NCBI GenBank assembly: GCA_013697735.1
Contig: JACCWH010000050.1
Location: 62-64,061, forward strand
Direction of reading: 5' to 3'
Length of the DNA stretch: 64,000 nt
Source: Trueperaceae bacterium
GTDB lineage: Bacteria; Deinococcota; Deinococci; Deinococcales; Trueperaceae
Of the stretch, positions 35,222 through 42,056 are shown piece by piece. Each line of letters begins with the position of its first letter. Positions within the stretch are counted from its first letter, which is position 1. Position numbers and translations under genes: made by a program. The notes beneath the pieces were generated by a model. That model saw only the letters and a program-made list of their open reading frames with translations, had not been told where the DNA came from and did no database searches.

Positions 35222-35549
35222 ACGCCCCCCCACCACCGACACCAGCGCCCCGACCACCATCGAAGACCGCGTCGCAGCGCTCGAACAGTTCGCCATCCTC
35301 CTCGCGAACGACATGCGCTGGGTCAAAACCACCTTCGATCGAGACACCAGCCACGCCCACGCCGACAGTGACCGACGCGGCCACACAACCACCACCCGAG
35401 CCCTCCTCATCGTCGGCGTCGCCCTCGCCATCGTCGCCGGAGTCCTCGGCATCAAACTCCCCGGAATGCTCGGGAGCAACACCCCCCCAAGCGCCACCAG
35501 CGAACGATGGCCGCGATCCGAACTGCGCTACGAGGGCGTCACCGAGTAA
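35211..35549 (+). CDS. tail-anchored membrane protein
   Basis: 112 aa with a GC3-rich frame. A coiled segment is followed by a C-proximal TM helix (ALLIVGVALAIVAGVLGI). Its 3' end is duplicated at 35959..36050. Confidence 0.55.
   Translation: MDAERPPTTDTSAPTTIEDRVAALEQFAILLANDMRWVKTTFDRDTSHAHADSDRRGHTTTTRALLIVGVALAIVAGVLGIKLPGMLGSNTPPSATSERWPRSELRYEGVTE
35475..35549 (+). repeat. left copy of a diverged direct repeat flanking the lipoprotein gene
   Basis: Encodes ...NTPPSATSERWPRSELRYEGVTE*. The 25-nt core at 35508-35532 matches 35992-36016 with one mismatch. Confidence 0.7.
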
Positions 35550-35574
35550 CCGCGACCACCACCAAGGAGACCAC

Positions 35575-35946
35575 ATGCATACCCACCGCACCATCACCAC
35601 CCTCCTCACGCTCGCCCTCACCCTCGCAGCCTGCACGCCCAGCACCACGCCCCACACCACACCCGCACCCAACCACCGCACCATCGAAATCCCACGGATC
35701 CACCGCCCCATCGCGACCATCACCCAGCCCACACCCACCCTGCCGCCCCCCCGAGCGCGAGAGATCAGAACACCAACGACCCGCACCCCCAACCCCCAAC
35801 CGACACCCGCGCCCCCGACAATCCCGCCAGGCCTCCCACCCACCGACTGCCGACTCCACACCCTCCCACCGCAGAGCAGGGTCGACACGATCACGAAATG
35901 CCCGCAAGGACCCACAGACGTACGCAAACGCCAGCACCCCCAATAG
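35575..35946 (+). CDS. Pro/Thr-rich lipoprotein
   Basis: GGAGA lies 6 nt upstream of ATG 35575. Lipobox LALTLAAC, then extreme Pro/Thr/His richness. It is the terminal part of track ORF 34546..35946. Confidence 0.6.
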   Translation: MHTHRTITTLLTLALTLAACTPSTTPHTTPAPNHRTIEIPRIHRPIATITQPTPTLPPPRAREIRTPTTRTPNPQPTPAPPTIPPGLPPTDCRLHTLPPQSRVDTITKCPQGPTDVRKRQHPQ

Positions 35947-35958
35947 GGGCGCCGTGGC

Positions 35959-36050
35959 AACAGCACACCGCCCGCCGTTACGGGCGAGCGGTGGCCGCGA
36001 TCCGAACAGCGCTACGGGCAGGCCCGCTACGAGTACGCCATAACGGAGTG
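35959..36050 (+). repeat. right copy of the diverged direct repeat (relic 3' coding end)
   Basis: In frame after TAG 35944-35946 it reads ...NSTPPAVTGERWPRSEQRYGQARYEYAITE*. Confidence 0.7.
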
Positions 36051-36209
36051 ATAGCGCCGACCCATCCTGGCGTCCCCGTCCTCGGCCTCGCCCGTGTCGC
36101 CGTCCTCGCCCGTGTCGGGATTGGGATGCGGAACCGTGCCCGTATCGGGCGGTGGTTGATTCGTGTCCTGGTCGGGCTTCGGGCGGTCGGTCTGCGTACG
36201 ATCTGTCAT
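36027..36209 (-). CDS. small acidic low-complexity protein (60 aa)
   Basis: AGGAG lies 6 nt upstream of ATG 36209. It is the only minus-strand ORF in this region. Asp/Thr/Pro/Gly-rich. Trimmed from track ORF 36027..36605. Confidence 0.35.
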   Translation of the reverse strand: MTDRTQTDRPKPDQDTNQPPPDTGTVPHPNPDTGEDGDTGEAEDGDARMGRRYHSVMAYS

Positions 36210-36410
36210 GATGCGCTCCTCTCGGGGGGATAGATTCACGCTACCGCGACACCCCGCCCGACCGCGGTGACGGCACGGAGTAGTACCGTCGAAGGCGATC
36301 ACGCGGTCTCCGGGGAGGCGCACGAGCCGATAGGCCCCTGCGTGCCACCGCAAAGCGTGATGTAGGCTGACGTGGAGGAGGACCGCCACGCCAGCCCCGA
36401 AGGGGGGCAC

Positions 36411-36629
36411 ATGAAAGACCTCGCCTGGAAGAGCCGCACCCGACCAACCGGCGACCCCATGACGATCAACACCGCCAGCCCCTTCGAGCCCGGCATACCC
36501 ATGGTTCCTGACGACGGCCGCCCCATCTGCTCGCGCCACCTGCAACCAATCGGGCGCTACGGATGCACCGCCTGCAACGTCGGCAACGGCCACAAAGCGC
36601 GTCAAAGCGGCCCCACAAGTCGCTCATAA
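36411..36629 (+). CDS. hypothetical small Cys-containing protein
   Basis: 72 aa from ATG 36411, with a purine-rich stretch upstream. Contains C..H...C.AC. Confidence 0.35.
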   Translation: MKDLAWKSRTRPTGDPMTINTASPFEPGIPMVPDDGRPICSRHLQPIGRYGCTACNVGNGHKARQSGPTSRS

Positions 36630-36675
36630 CCCGCGCCGAAATCGCCCAGGACCACAGGGAAACGGCGATCAACAC

Positions 36676-37155
36676 ATGGACATTACGCCCGCTACCACGC
36701 TCTCCCAAGCCCGACGATACGTGGAGGTCGAACGCTTCACCGGCGTCCACTGCCCATGCTGCGACGCCTTCGTCAAGGTCTACCGACGCAAGATCACCAA
36801 CTCGCAAGTCCGTTTCCTCCGAGACCTCTACCAACTCGCGCGGCAGGCCGTTCCCTCGTTCCACGCGGGCACGGGCATCGGCGTCGACGTGCGGCAGATC
36901 ACCGGCCAACACATGCGCGGCGGCGACTACTCCAAGCTCCGCCACTGGGAGCTGATCGAGGACCACAGCGACATCGAGGGAGCGAGCGGCTACTGGGCCA
37001 TCACAGCGAAAGGCAAGGCGTTCCTCCTCGGCCAGATCGAAGTCCCGAAGTACGCTTGGGTGCTTCGCGACGCACCCGTCACGTACAGCGACGAAACGAT
37101 CAGCGTCCACGACGCCTGGGGCTTCGCCTTCGACGTCGGCGAGCTGATGGTGTGA
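36676..37155 (+). CDS. hypothetical zinc-finger/winged-helix-like protein
   Basis: 159 aa. HCPCCD motif followed by ...GDYSKLRHWELIE...GYWAITAKGKAFL, a DNA-binding-like pattern. Confidence 0.6.
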   Translation: MDITPATTLSQARRYVEVERFTGVHCPCCDAFVKVYRRKITNSQVRFLRDLYQLARQAVPSFHAGTGIGVDVRQITGQHMRGGDYSKLRHWELIEDHSDIEGASGYWAITAKGKAFLLGQIEVPKYAWVLRDAPVTYSDETISVHDAWGFAFDVGELMV

Positions 37156-37334
37156 GCGAGGGGGAGGCGCTGGATCCCAGGACGCTCCCCTCTCGCATCG
37201 TGGCCTCGAAGCGTCAGCGGTACCTGTGGGCGCTGGAACGCCTCGGCCGCTCCTACCCGATCGCGCGCAAGGACATCACCGCCTACGTCGACGAGCTGCT
37301 CGCGGAGCGCGCCGAGGAACTGCTCGCCGAGTAA
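37152..37334 (+). CDS. hypothetical protein
   Basis: 60 aa. GTGA overlap with the upstream gene. Confidence 0.45.
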   Translation: MSEGEALDPRTLPSRIVASKRQRYLWALERLGRSYPIARKDITAYVDELLAERAEELLAE

Positions 37335-37336
37335 GC

Positions 37337-37397
37337 GTCACGCGATACGGTTGACGTGGCCCCCCCCAAGGCGCTAGGCTCGACCCCGGAGGAACCA
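37337..37397 (+). promoter_or_regulatory. cassette promoter P5 (diverged copy)
   Basis: GTCACGCGATACGG left arm, TTGACG 37351-37356, 18-nt spacer (lacks TTTAGGGTA), TAGGCT 37375-37380, GGAGGAACCA, ATG 37398. Confidence 0.55.
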
Positions 37398-37445
37398 ATG
37401 CAAGAAGCCGCTACCGCCCACCCTGACCCTCGCGTGACGCCATGA
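37398..37445 (+). CDS. 15-codon leader ORF coupled to 37442..38428
   Basis: The cassette RBS (GGAGGAACCA) is positioned for ATG 37398. The ORF MQEAATAHPDPRVTP ends in a TGA that overlaps ATG 37442 (ATGA). Confidence 0.4.
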   Translation: MQEAATAHPDPRVTP

Positions 37446-38428
37446 TGCAGACGGCTGGACTATCGACCTACGGCGTCGCCAGCACCGACTGGCGCTCCCT
37501 ACAACGCGCCCTCAGCCGCTTTGGCGCCAAGAGGCTCCGCTCGACCGGCGGCCACCAACAGGTCGTCATGGAGTTGCGATCAACGCAAATCTACGCCGGG
37601 CCGCACGCAGGCAAGATCCCCCGCACCACCCCCGTCCACGTCAACAGCATCAAGCAGCTCCTCGGCCAAGTCGCCGCCGCGGGCATCCCGCCGATGCTCT
37701 TCGTCGCCGTCGTCGATAACGTCGGCCGCGTGCAATGGCGCCACCGCCCCCAAGCCCTCAAGCGCCTACTCACTATGCTGCGCAACGAAAAGCCCAACCT
37801 GAGCACGATCGAAGCCTGCCGCGATCTCATGTACCGCTTCACCAGCGAGGAGACGGGCGCCGAGATCGACGAGGTTCACGCCGTGGCGGACGACGAGCCC
37901 ACCCAAGCCGAACCTATCCAAGCCGAATCTACCCAGGACGAGCTTCCCATCGCCGAGACGCATCGGTACCGCATCAGCGAGATCGTCAGCGTCCTCGGCC
38001 TCGACTACGCGAATCCGCTGCGTCGCCGGGCAATCGGCTTCGTTGCCGCGCAGATCTCCGGGCACCACGCGGTCTCCGGCCGCCTCATCGACGAGGGCGC
38101 GATCGTGCTGAAGGCTCACGGCAAGGTGAACTTCTCCTACCTCAACACTCACGCCGTGCTGACGCTCGCCGAGGTGGTGCAGAACCACTTCGGCCTCGCC
38201 CCTGAAACGCGTGAGGAGCCCCAGGCGGCCCCAGAGCCCACACCAGCGCCCCCAGAGCCCCCCCAACCTCGGGACGAGCCCCAGGCGCCCCTGAGCGCCG
38301 CAGACGGCCTGCTCTTCATGTGCGCCCGCCTGGGCGTGAAGCCGACGTGGGACGGCTTCGGAATCAACGTCACGGCGACGATCGTCGACCTTGCGAACAC
38401 CTGGCGAGCGAATGGGGACCCGTGCTGA
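37442..38428 (+). CDS. hypothetical protein (328 aa), possible HicA-like N-terminal fold
   Basis: GC3-rich frame. The N-terminus (LQRALSRFGAKRLRSTGGHQQVV...IPRTTPVHVNSIKQLLGQVAAAGI) weakly resembles the HicA pattern. Acidic and Pro-rich linkers follow. Confidence 0.6.
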   Translation: MMQTAGLSTYGVASTDWRSLQRALSRFGAKRLRSTGGHQQVVMELRSTQIYAGPHAGKIPRTTPVHVNSIKQLLGQVAAAGIPPMLFVAVVDNVGRVQWRHRPQALKRLLTMLRNEKPNLSTIEACRDLMYRFTSEETGAEIDEVHAVADDEPTQAEPIQAESTQDELPIAETHRYRISEIVSVLGLDYANPLRRRAIGFVAAQISGHHAVSGRLIDEGAIVLKAHGKVNFSYLNTHAVLTLAEVVQNHFGLAPETREEPQAAPEPTPAPPEPPQPRDEPQAPLSAADGLLFMCARLGVKPTWDGFGINVTATIVDLANTWRANGDPC

Positions 38429-38742
38429 TGGATAAAGATGCAGAAAAGGCTCCCGAAACCCCGCGTGTAGACCCGGGGGAGCCGCATACGAATGCAGCGA
38501 CGCCGCCCAAGGTCTACATCTCGTCGCCCACGGAGGGCGTCTGGCGAGCCCTGATCGAGAGCGACGCCGAGCTGGGGGGATCCGCATCGTTCACCATCGA
38601 CCGGAGCGACCACGAACCCCGCTACCGCCTGTTCTTCGGCGGCGGGACCGCCTGGCGCGTAGCGCTCACCACCAACGAGCTGACGGCCTTGCGCTACCTG
38701 ATCGACCGCGCCCTCCTGGGCGAAGAGACGATCCCCTTCTGA
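38428..38742 (+). CDS. hypothetical protein
   Basis: 104 aa. The ATG overlaps the upstream TGA. Confidence 0.55.
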   Translation: MDKDAEKAPETPRVDPGEPHTNAATPPKVYISSPTEGVWRALIESDAELGGSASFTIDRSDHEPRYRLFFGGGTAWRVALTTNELTALRYLIDRALLGEETIPF

Positions 38743-39011
38743 TGCCACGCTGCCGCACCTGCCACCAAGCCATCGTGCGCCGAGCGAGGGAATCCGAGCG
38801 CAGCCTCGCCGAACGCCGCTATTGCAGCCCCGCCTGCGTCGCGCTCCGCGGCGGCCGCTACAAGTGGACCGACAAATCACCGCGCGCCACACCCGAGATC
38901 GTCGACGCCCGCCGCATCCCACAACGCGTGCGCGCCCTCCTCCTGAGCGCCGTCCAAGAGCACCCGTACCTACTGCGAGCCTTCGCCAGAGTCGCCAAGG
39001 GAGAACCATGA
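38742..39011 (+). CDS. hypothetical zinc-ribbon-like protein
   Basis: 89 aa. Contains CRTC ... CSPAC. Confidence 0.5.
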   Translation: MPRCRTCHQAIVRRARESERSLAERRYCSPACVALRGGRYKWTDKSPRATPEIVDARRIPQRVRALLLSAVQEHPYLLRAFARVAKGEP

Positions 39012-39199
39012 ACACACCATCCCAATCCTTCACCATCGCCGCGCTCGCCAGCGCCCTCACCCTCGCCATCGTCTTCGTCCTGATCTACGCGAACAGCGCC
39101 AACCTCGCCGCCGCCGCCCTCGGCACGGGCGCCACCGGGATCCTCACCGTGCTCACCATCGGCCTGCTCGACCTCCGCCGCACCAGGGGGCACCAATGA
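39008..39199 (+). CDS. small membrane protein (two TM helices)
   Basis: 63 aa with two hydrophobic helices. ATGA overlap with the upstream gene. Confidence 0.5.
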   Translation: MNTPSQSFTIAALASALTLAIVFVLIYANSANLAAAALGTGATGILTVLTIGLLDLRRTRGHQ

Positions 39200-39522
39200 G
39201 CAAAGCCAGCGTCCGAAGACTGATCAAGAACGCCGAACCGAGCGACGGCGTGGTGGTCATACCGTCCTCCGGCGACGCCCGCGACCCGGTTCAGATGTAC
39301 CGCGTGGGCGACGATGGCCGCTGGCAGCACTACGGCTACCCCTTCGATCGCCCGATGGGCGCCACCCTCGACGCGGTCGGGCTCATCAACGCGATTGGCC
39401 CGGGCGGCATGGTGCTGCACGTCCGAAGCGAGAAGTTCGACCTCTACGCCGAAGCCCTCCGCGACGGCGTCTCGGCGCTCCGCGACGCGCGCCCAGACGA
39501 CCGGGGCGCGATCGCGTCGTGA
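39196..39522 (+). CDS. hypothetical protein
   Basis: 108 aa. ATGA overlap with the upstream gene. Confidence 0.55.
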   Translation: MSKASVRRLIKNAEPSDGVVVIPSSGDARDPVQMYRVGDDGRWQHYGYPFDRPMGATLDAVGLINAIGPGGMVLHVRSEKFDLYAEALRDGVSALRDARPDDRGAIAS

Positions 39523-39528
39523 GAGATT

Positions 39529-39660
39529 CGCGACACCGCGACACTGGGAGCGCCCGAAACGACCGTAGCGCCGCACGCGAAACGGTGAAACGCGGCTATC
39601 ATGCGCTGCCAGGGGGAGCCATGACCGATCAGCCGCCCATCGCCGCACCATCGTGAAACC
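39529..39660 (+). repeat. short direct repeats upstream of terS
   Basis: Tandem CGCGACAC CGCGACAC at 39529-39544. GAAAC(G/C) occurs at 39556, 39579, 39587 and 39655. Confidence 0.4.
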
Positions 39661-40525
39661 GAAAGCCAAGGCGCCCCTCACCGTGGCGGAGAAGCGCGTC
39701 GCGCGAGCCAAGCGCACCGCGCGAGAGAAGGCGGCGAAGCACCCGAAGGAGCACCCGAAGTGCGGAGCGAGGAAGCGCCAGGGCGAAGGAACCTGCAAGA
39801 TGCACGCGGGCTGGGGCACCGACCACGTCGGTTACGGCCGCTGCAAGCGGCATGGGGGCAGCACGATCACGCACCGCCGCGCCGCCGCCAGGCAGATCGA
39901 GGAGGAAGCCGCGCGGGACACGCCCTACGAGGAGCTGGTCAAGCGCACGGACCTCGCCGACCTGATCGTCGAGCTGAAGAGTCGCAGCGACATCGCCGAC
40001 ATCACCGAGGAGCTGGCGCTCGCCCGCGCGGTCACGATCAACTTCATCAACCGCGCCGACGAGATGGAGCACGCCCTCCTACGCTGGTCAGCGAGCTTCG
40101 ATCCCTCCTACCGAGAAGCGCAACAGCTTCACCTGCACGAGCTGATCGACGCCCGCGCGAGCGAAGAGTGGGAGCGCTACACCGAGCTGATGGAGCGCCA
40201 ACCCGACCCCCTCGCCTTCGTCGATCGACCGAAGAAGATCATCGACCTCGCCAACGCCGTGAAGATGCTCCGCGACGTCGTCGCGATGGCCGACCGAGTG
40301 CTGGAGCGACGCGACGCCGGAGCGATCCCCGTACGCGACCTAGAGCGCGCGTTGGGGGAGATCGTCGGTGTCACTGAAGGCGCCATACGAGAGAACATTG
40401 GGGACGTCGCTCTTCGCGCAGCTATCCTCGCCGCGATCGAGCACGGCTGGTCCTCCATCGTCCTTGGACGTCGCGACCCGGCTGACGAGCGCACTCAGGA
40501 CGTTCACAGCCGACTCGCCAACTAG
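39653..40525 (+). CDS. terS: putative small terminase subunit
   Basis: Lies directly upstream of the large terminase. Basic N-terminus with the Cys/His motif CGARKRQGEGTCKMHAGWGTDHVGYGRCKRHGG, then a helical domain. The call rests mainly on position. Confidence 0.5.
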   Translation: MKPKAKAPLTVAEKRVARAKRTAREKAAKHPKEHPKCGARKRQGEGTCKMHAGWGTDHVGYGRCKRHGGSTITHRRAAARQIEEEAARDTPYEELVKRTDLADLIVELKSRSDIADITEELALARAVTINFINRADEMEHALLRWSASFDPSYREAQQLHLHELIDARASEEWERYTELMERQPDPLAFVDRPKKIIDLANAVKMLRDVVAMADRVLERRDAGAIPVRDLERALGEIVGVTEGAIRENIGDVALRAAILAAIEHGWSSIVLGRRDPADERTQDVHSRLAN

Positions 40526-42056
40526 CCGCTCCTGGACCTCCGCCCAACGAGCGCGCCTCAAGAGCGGCGAGTGCTCCCTCGTCGAGTGGGCCAGCTACTA
40601 CCTCCCCGACCTCGCGTACCTGGAGCCGGGCGAGATCCACCGCCGCATCGTCGCCAGCTTCGGCAACGGCGACTCCCTACGCGCGGCCGCAATGGCGTCG
40701 CGCGGCTCGGCGAAGTCGACGCTCATCGGCGTAGCGAACACCCTCCGCCTCGCCGCGCTCGGGCGCAAGCGCTTCATCGTCTACGTCTCACCCGAAGCCG
40801 AAGCGCACCTCGCGCGGATCCTCAACCAAGTGGTCGAGAACGATCGACTGCTCTTCGACTACCCGCACCTCCGCCCCCAGGACCACCGCCGCCTGAAGAT
40901 CATGCGCAAGCGCAAGCGCAAAGAGACGCAAGCGGAGTTCACCACCGAGGGTGGCGTGACCTTCATCGCGAAGACGCCCGGATCCGCCATCCGCGGCATG
41001 GTCCGCGACGCGCACCGCCCCGATCACCTCGTCCTGGACGACATCGAGAATAAGGACACGGCCGCCAACCCCGACCGCACGCGCAAGCTCATCAAGTGGG
41101 TGAAGGAAGACCTCATGGGCCTGGCAGGCCCAGGCAACGAAGCGATGAGCATCCACGCGATCGGCACCCCCCTCGCGCACTTCACGATGATCGGCACCCT
41201 CGTCGACGAGTGGAGCGGCGGCGTGATCCCCATCCACGACGCCCTCACGGGCGAGAACCTGTGGCCCGAGGGGCTCCCCGACGAGGAGCTGGACCGCAGG
41301 CGTTACGGCTTCTGGGCCGTCTTCGACGTCGACCTCCTCCGCGAGCTGCGCTATGCGCACGACACGCCCAGCGAGCAACTACCCGAGGGCGTGAAGTTCG
41401 TGGCTGGCATGGGCGACCGCGCCTACCACCAGGAGTACGAGATGAAGCCGATCGAGGACGGCGCCGCGGACTTCCAGCGGCACTGGTTCGACGATCGCTT
41501 CATCGACGCCGACGACGTCAACCCCGCCGACTTCGTGCAAACCGTACGCTCCTGGGACTTCGCGGCCACCGAGAAGGCGGCGAAAAGCCCCGACCCCGAC
41601 TGGACGGCGTGCGTAAAGATGGGCGTTGACAAGCGTGGCAGAGTCGTTATCCTCCACGCGTGGCAGGATCGACTCACCCCGCACGCGGTCGAGCAACGGG
41701 CCCAATCCTTCGCGAGGGAGGACGGTCAACGCGTGCGCATCACGATCCCGCAGGACCCCGGGCAGGCGGGCAAATCGCAAGTGTTCAACTGGGTCGTGAA
41801 GGTACTCCGCGGCTACCACGCGACCGCCGTCATACCCAGCGGCGACAAGCGCGTGCGCTGGTCGGGGCTCTCCGCGCAGGCCGAAGTGGGTAACGTCTGG
41901 ATCGTCCGCGCCCCCTGGAACAGCACATGGCTCGATCACATGTGCCAACTCCCCTTCGGCGCGCATGACGACATCGGCGATGCATCCGCGGACGCGTTCA
42001 ACTTCCTCAACCCCGGCGAGCCCATCTGGAGCGCCATGGAGGCCTTCCCCTCATGA
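40368..42056 (+). CDS. terL: large terminase subunit
   Basis: Walker A is ASRGSAKST and Walker B is HLVLDDIE. C-terminal nuclease motifs are WDFAAT...DWTACV and GAHDDIGDASADAF. GTG 40368 has GGGGGAG 7 nt upstream but overlaps terS by 158 nt, so the start is uncertain (TTG 40464 is an alternative). Confidence 0.85.
   Translation: MSLKAPYERTLGTSLFAQLSSPRSSTAGPPSSLDVATRLTSALRTFTADSPTSRSWTSAQRARLKSGECSLVEWASYYLPDLAYLEPGEIHRRIVASFGNGDSLRAAAMASRGSAKSTLIGVANTLRLAALGRKRFIVYVSPEAEAHLARILNQVVENDRLLFDYPHLRPQDHRRLKIMRKRKRKETQAEFTTEGGVTFIAKTPGSAIRGMVRDAHRPDHLVLDDIENKDTAANPDRTRKLIKWVKEDLMGLAGPGNEAMSIHAIGTPLAHFTMIGTLVDEWSGGVIPIHDALTGENLWPEGLPDEELDRRRYGFWAVFDVDLLRELRYAHDTPSEQLPEGVKFVAGMGDRAYHQEYEMKPIEDGAADFQRHWFDDRFIDADDVNPADFVQTVRSWDFAATEKAAKSPDPDWTACVKMGVDKRGRVVILHAWQDRLTPHAVEQRAQSFAREDGQRVRITIPQDPGQAGKSQVFNWVVKVLRGYHATAVIPSGDKRVRWSGLSAQAEVGNVWIVRAPWNSTWLDHMCQLPFGAHDDIGDASADAFNFLNPGEPIWSAMEAFPS
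41626..41655 (+). promoter_or_regulatory. promoter candidate inside terL (TATCCTCC class)
   Basis: TTGACA 41626-41631, 16-nt spacer, TATCCTCC 41648-41655. TATCCTCCACGCG is shared with the copy at 59365. Confidence 0.35.

Noticed and set aside
34546-35946. 466-aa plus-strand ORF spanning the M23 peptidase and neighbouring genes
   Set aside because: It runs in alternate frames of genes with clear motifs and is Pro/Arg/His-rich junk for most of its length. Only the last 123 codons (ATG 35575 with an RBS and a lipobox) were kept.
40423-40430. Fifth TATCCTC-like box (GCTATCCTCGCCGCGAT) inside terS
   Set aside because: It lacks the final C, has no TG extension or -35 box, and is explained by the coding sequence AAILAAIE. 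It is treated as chance similarity.
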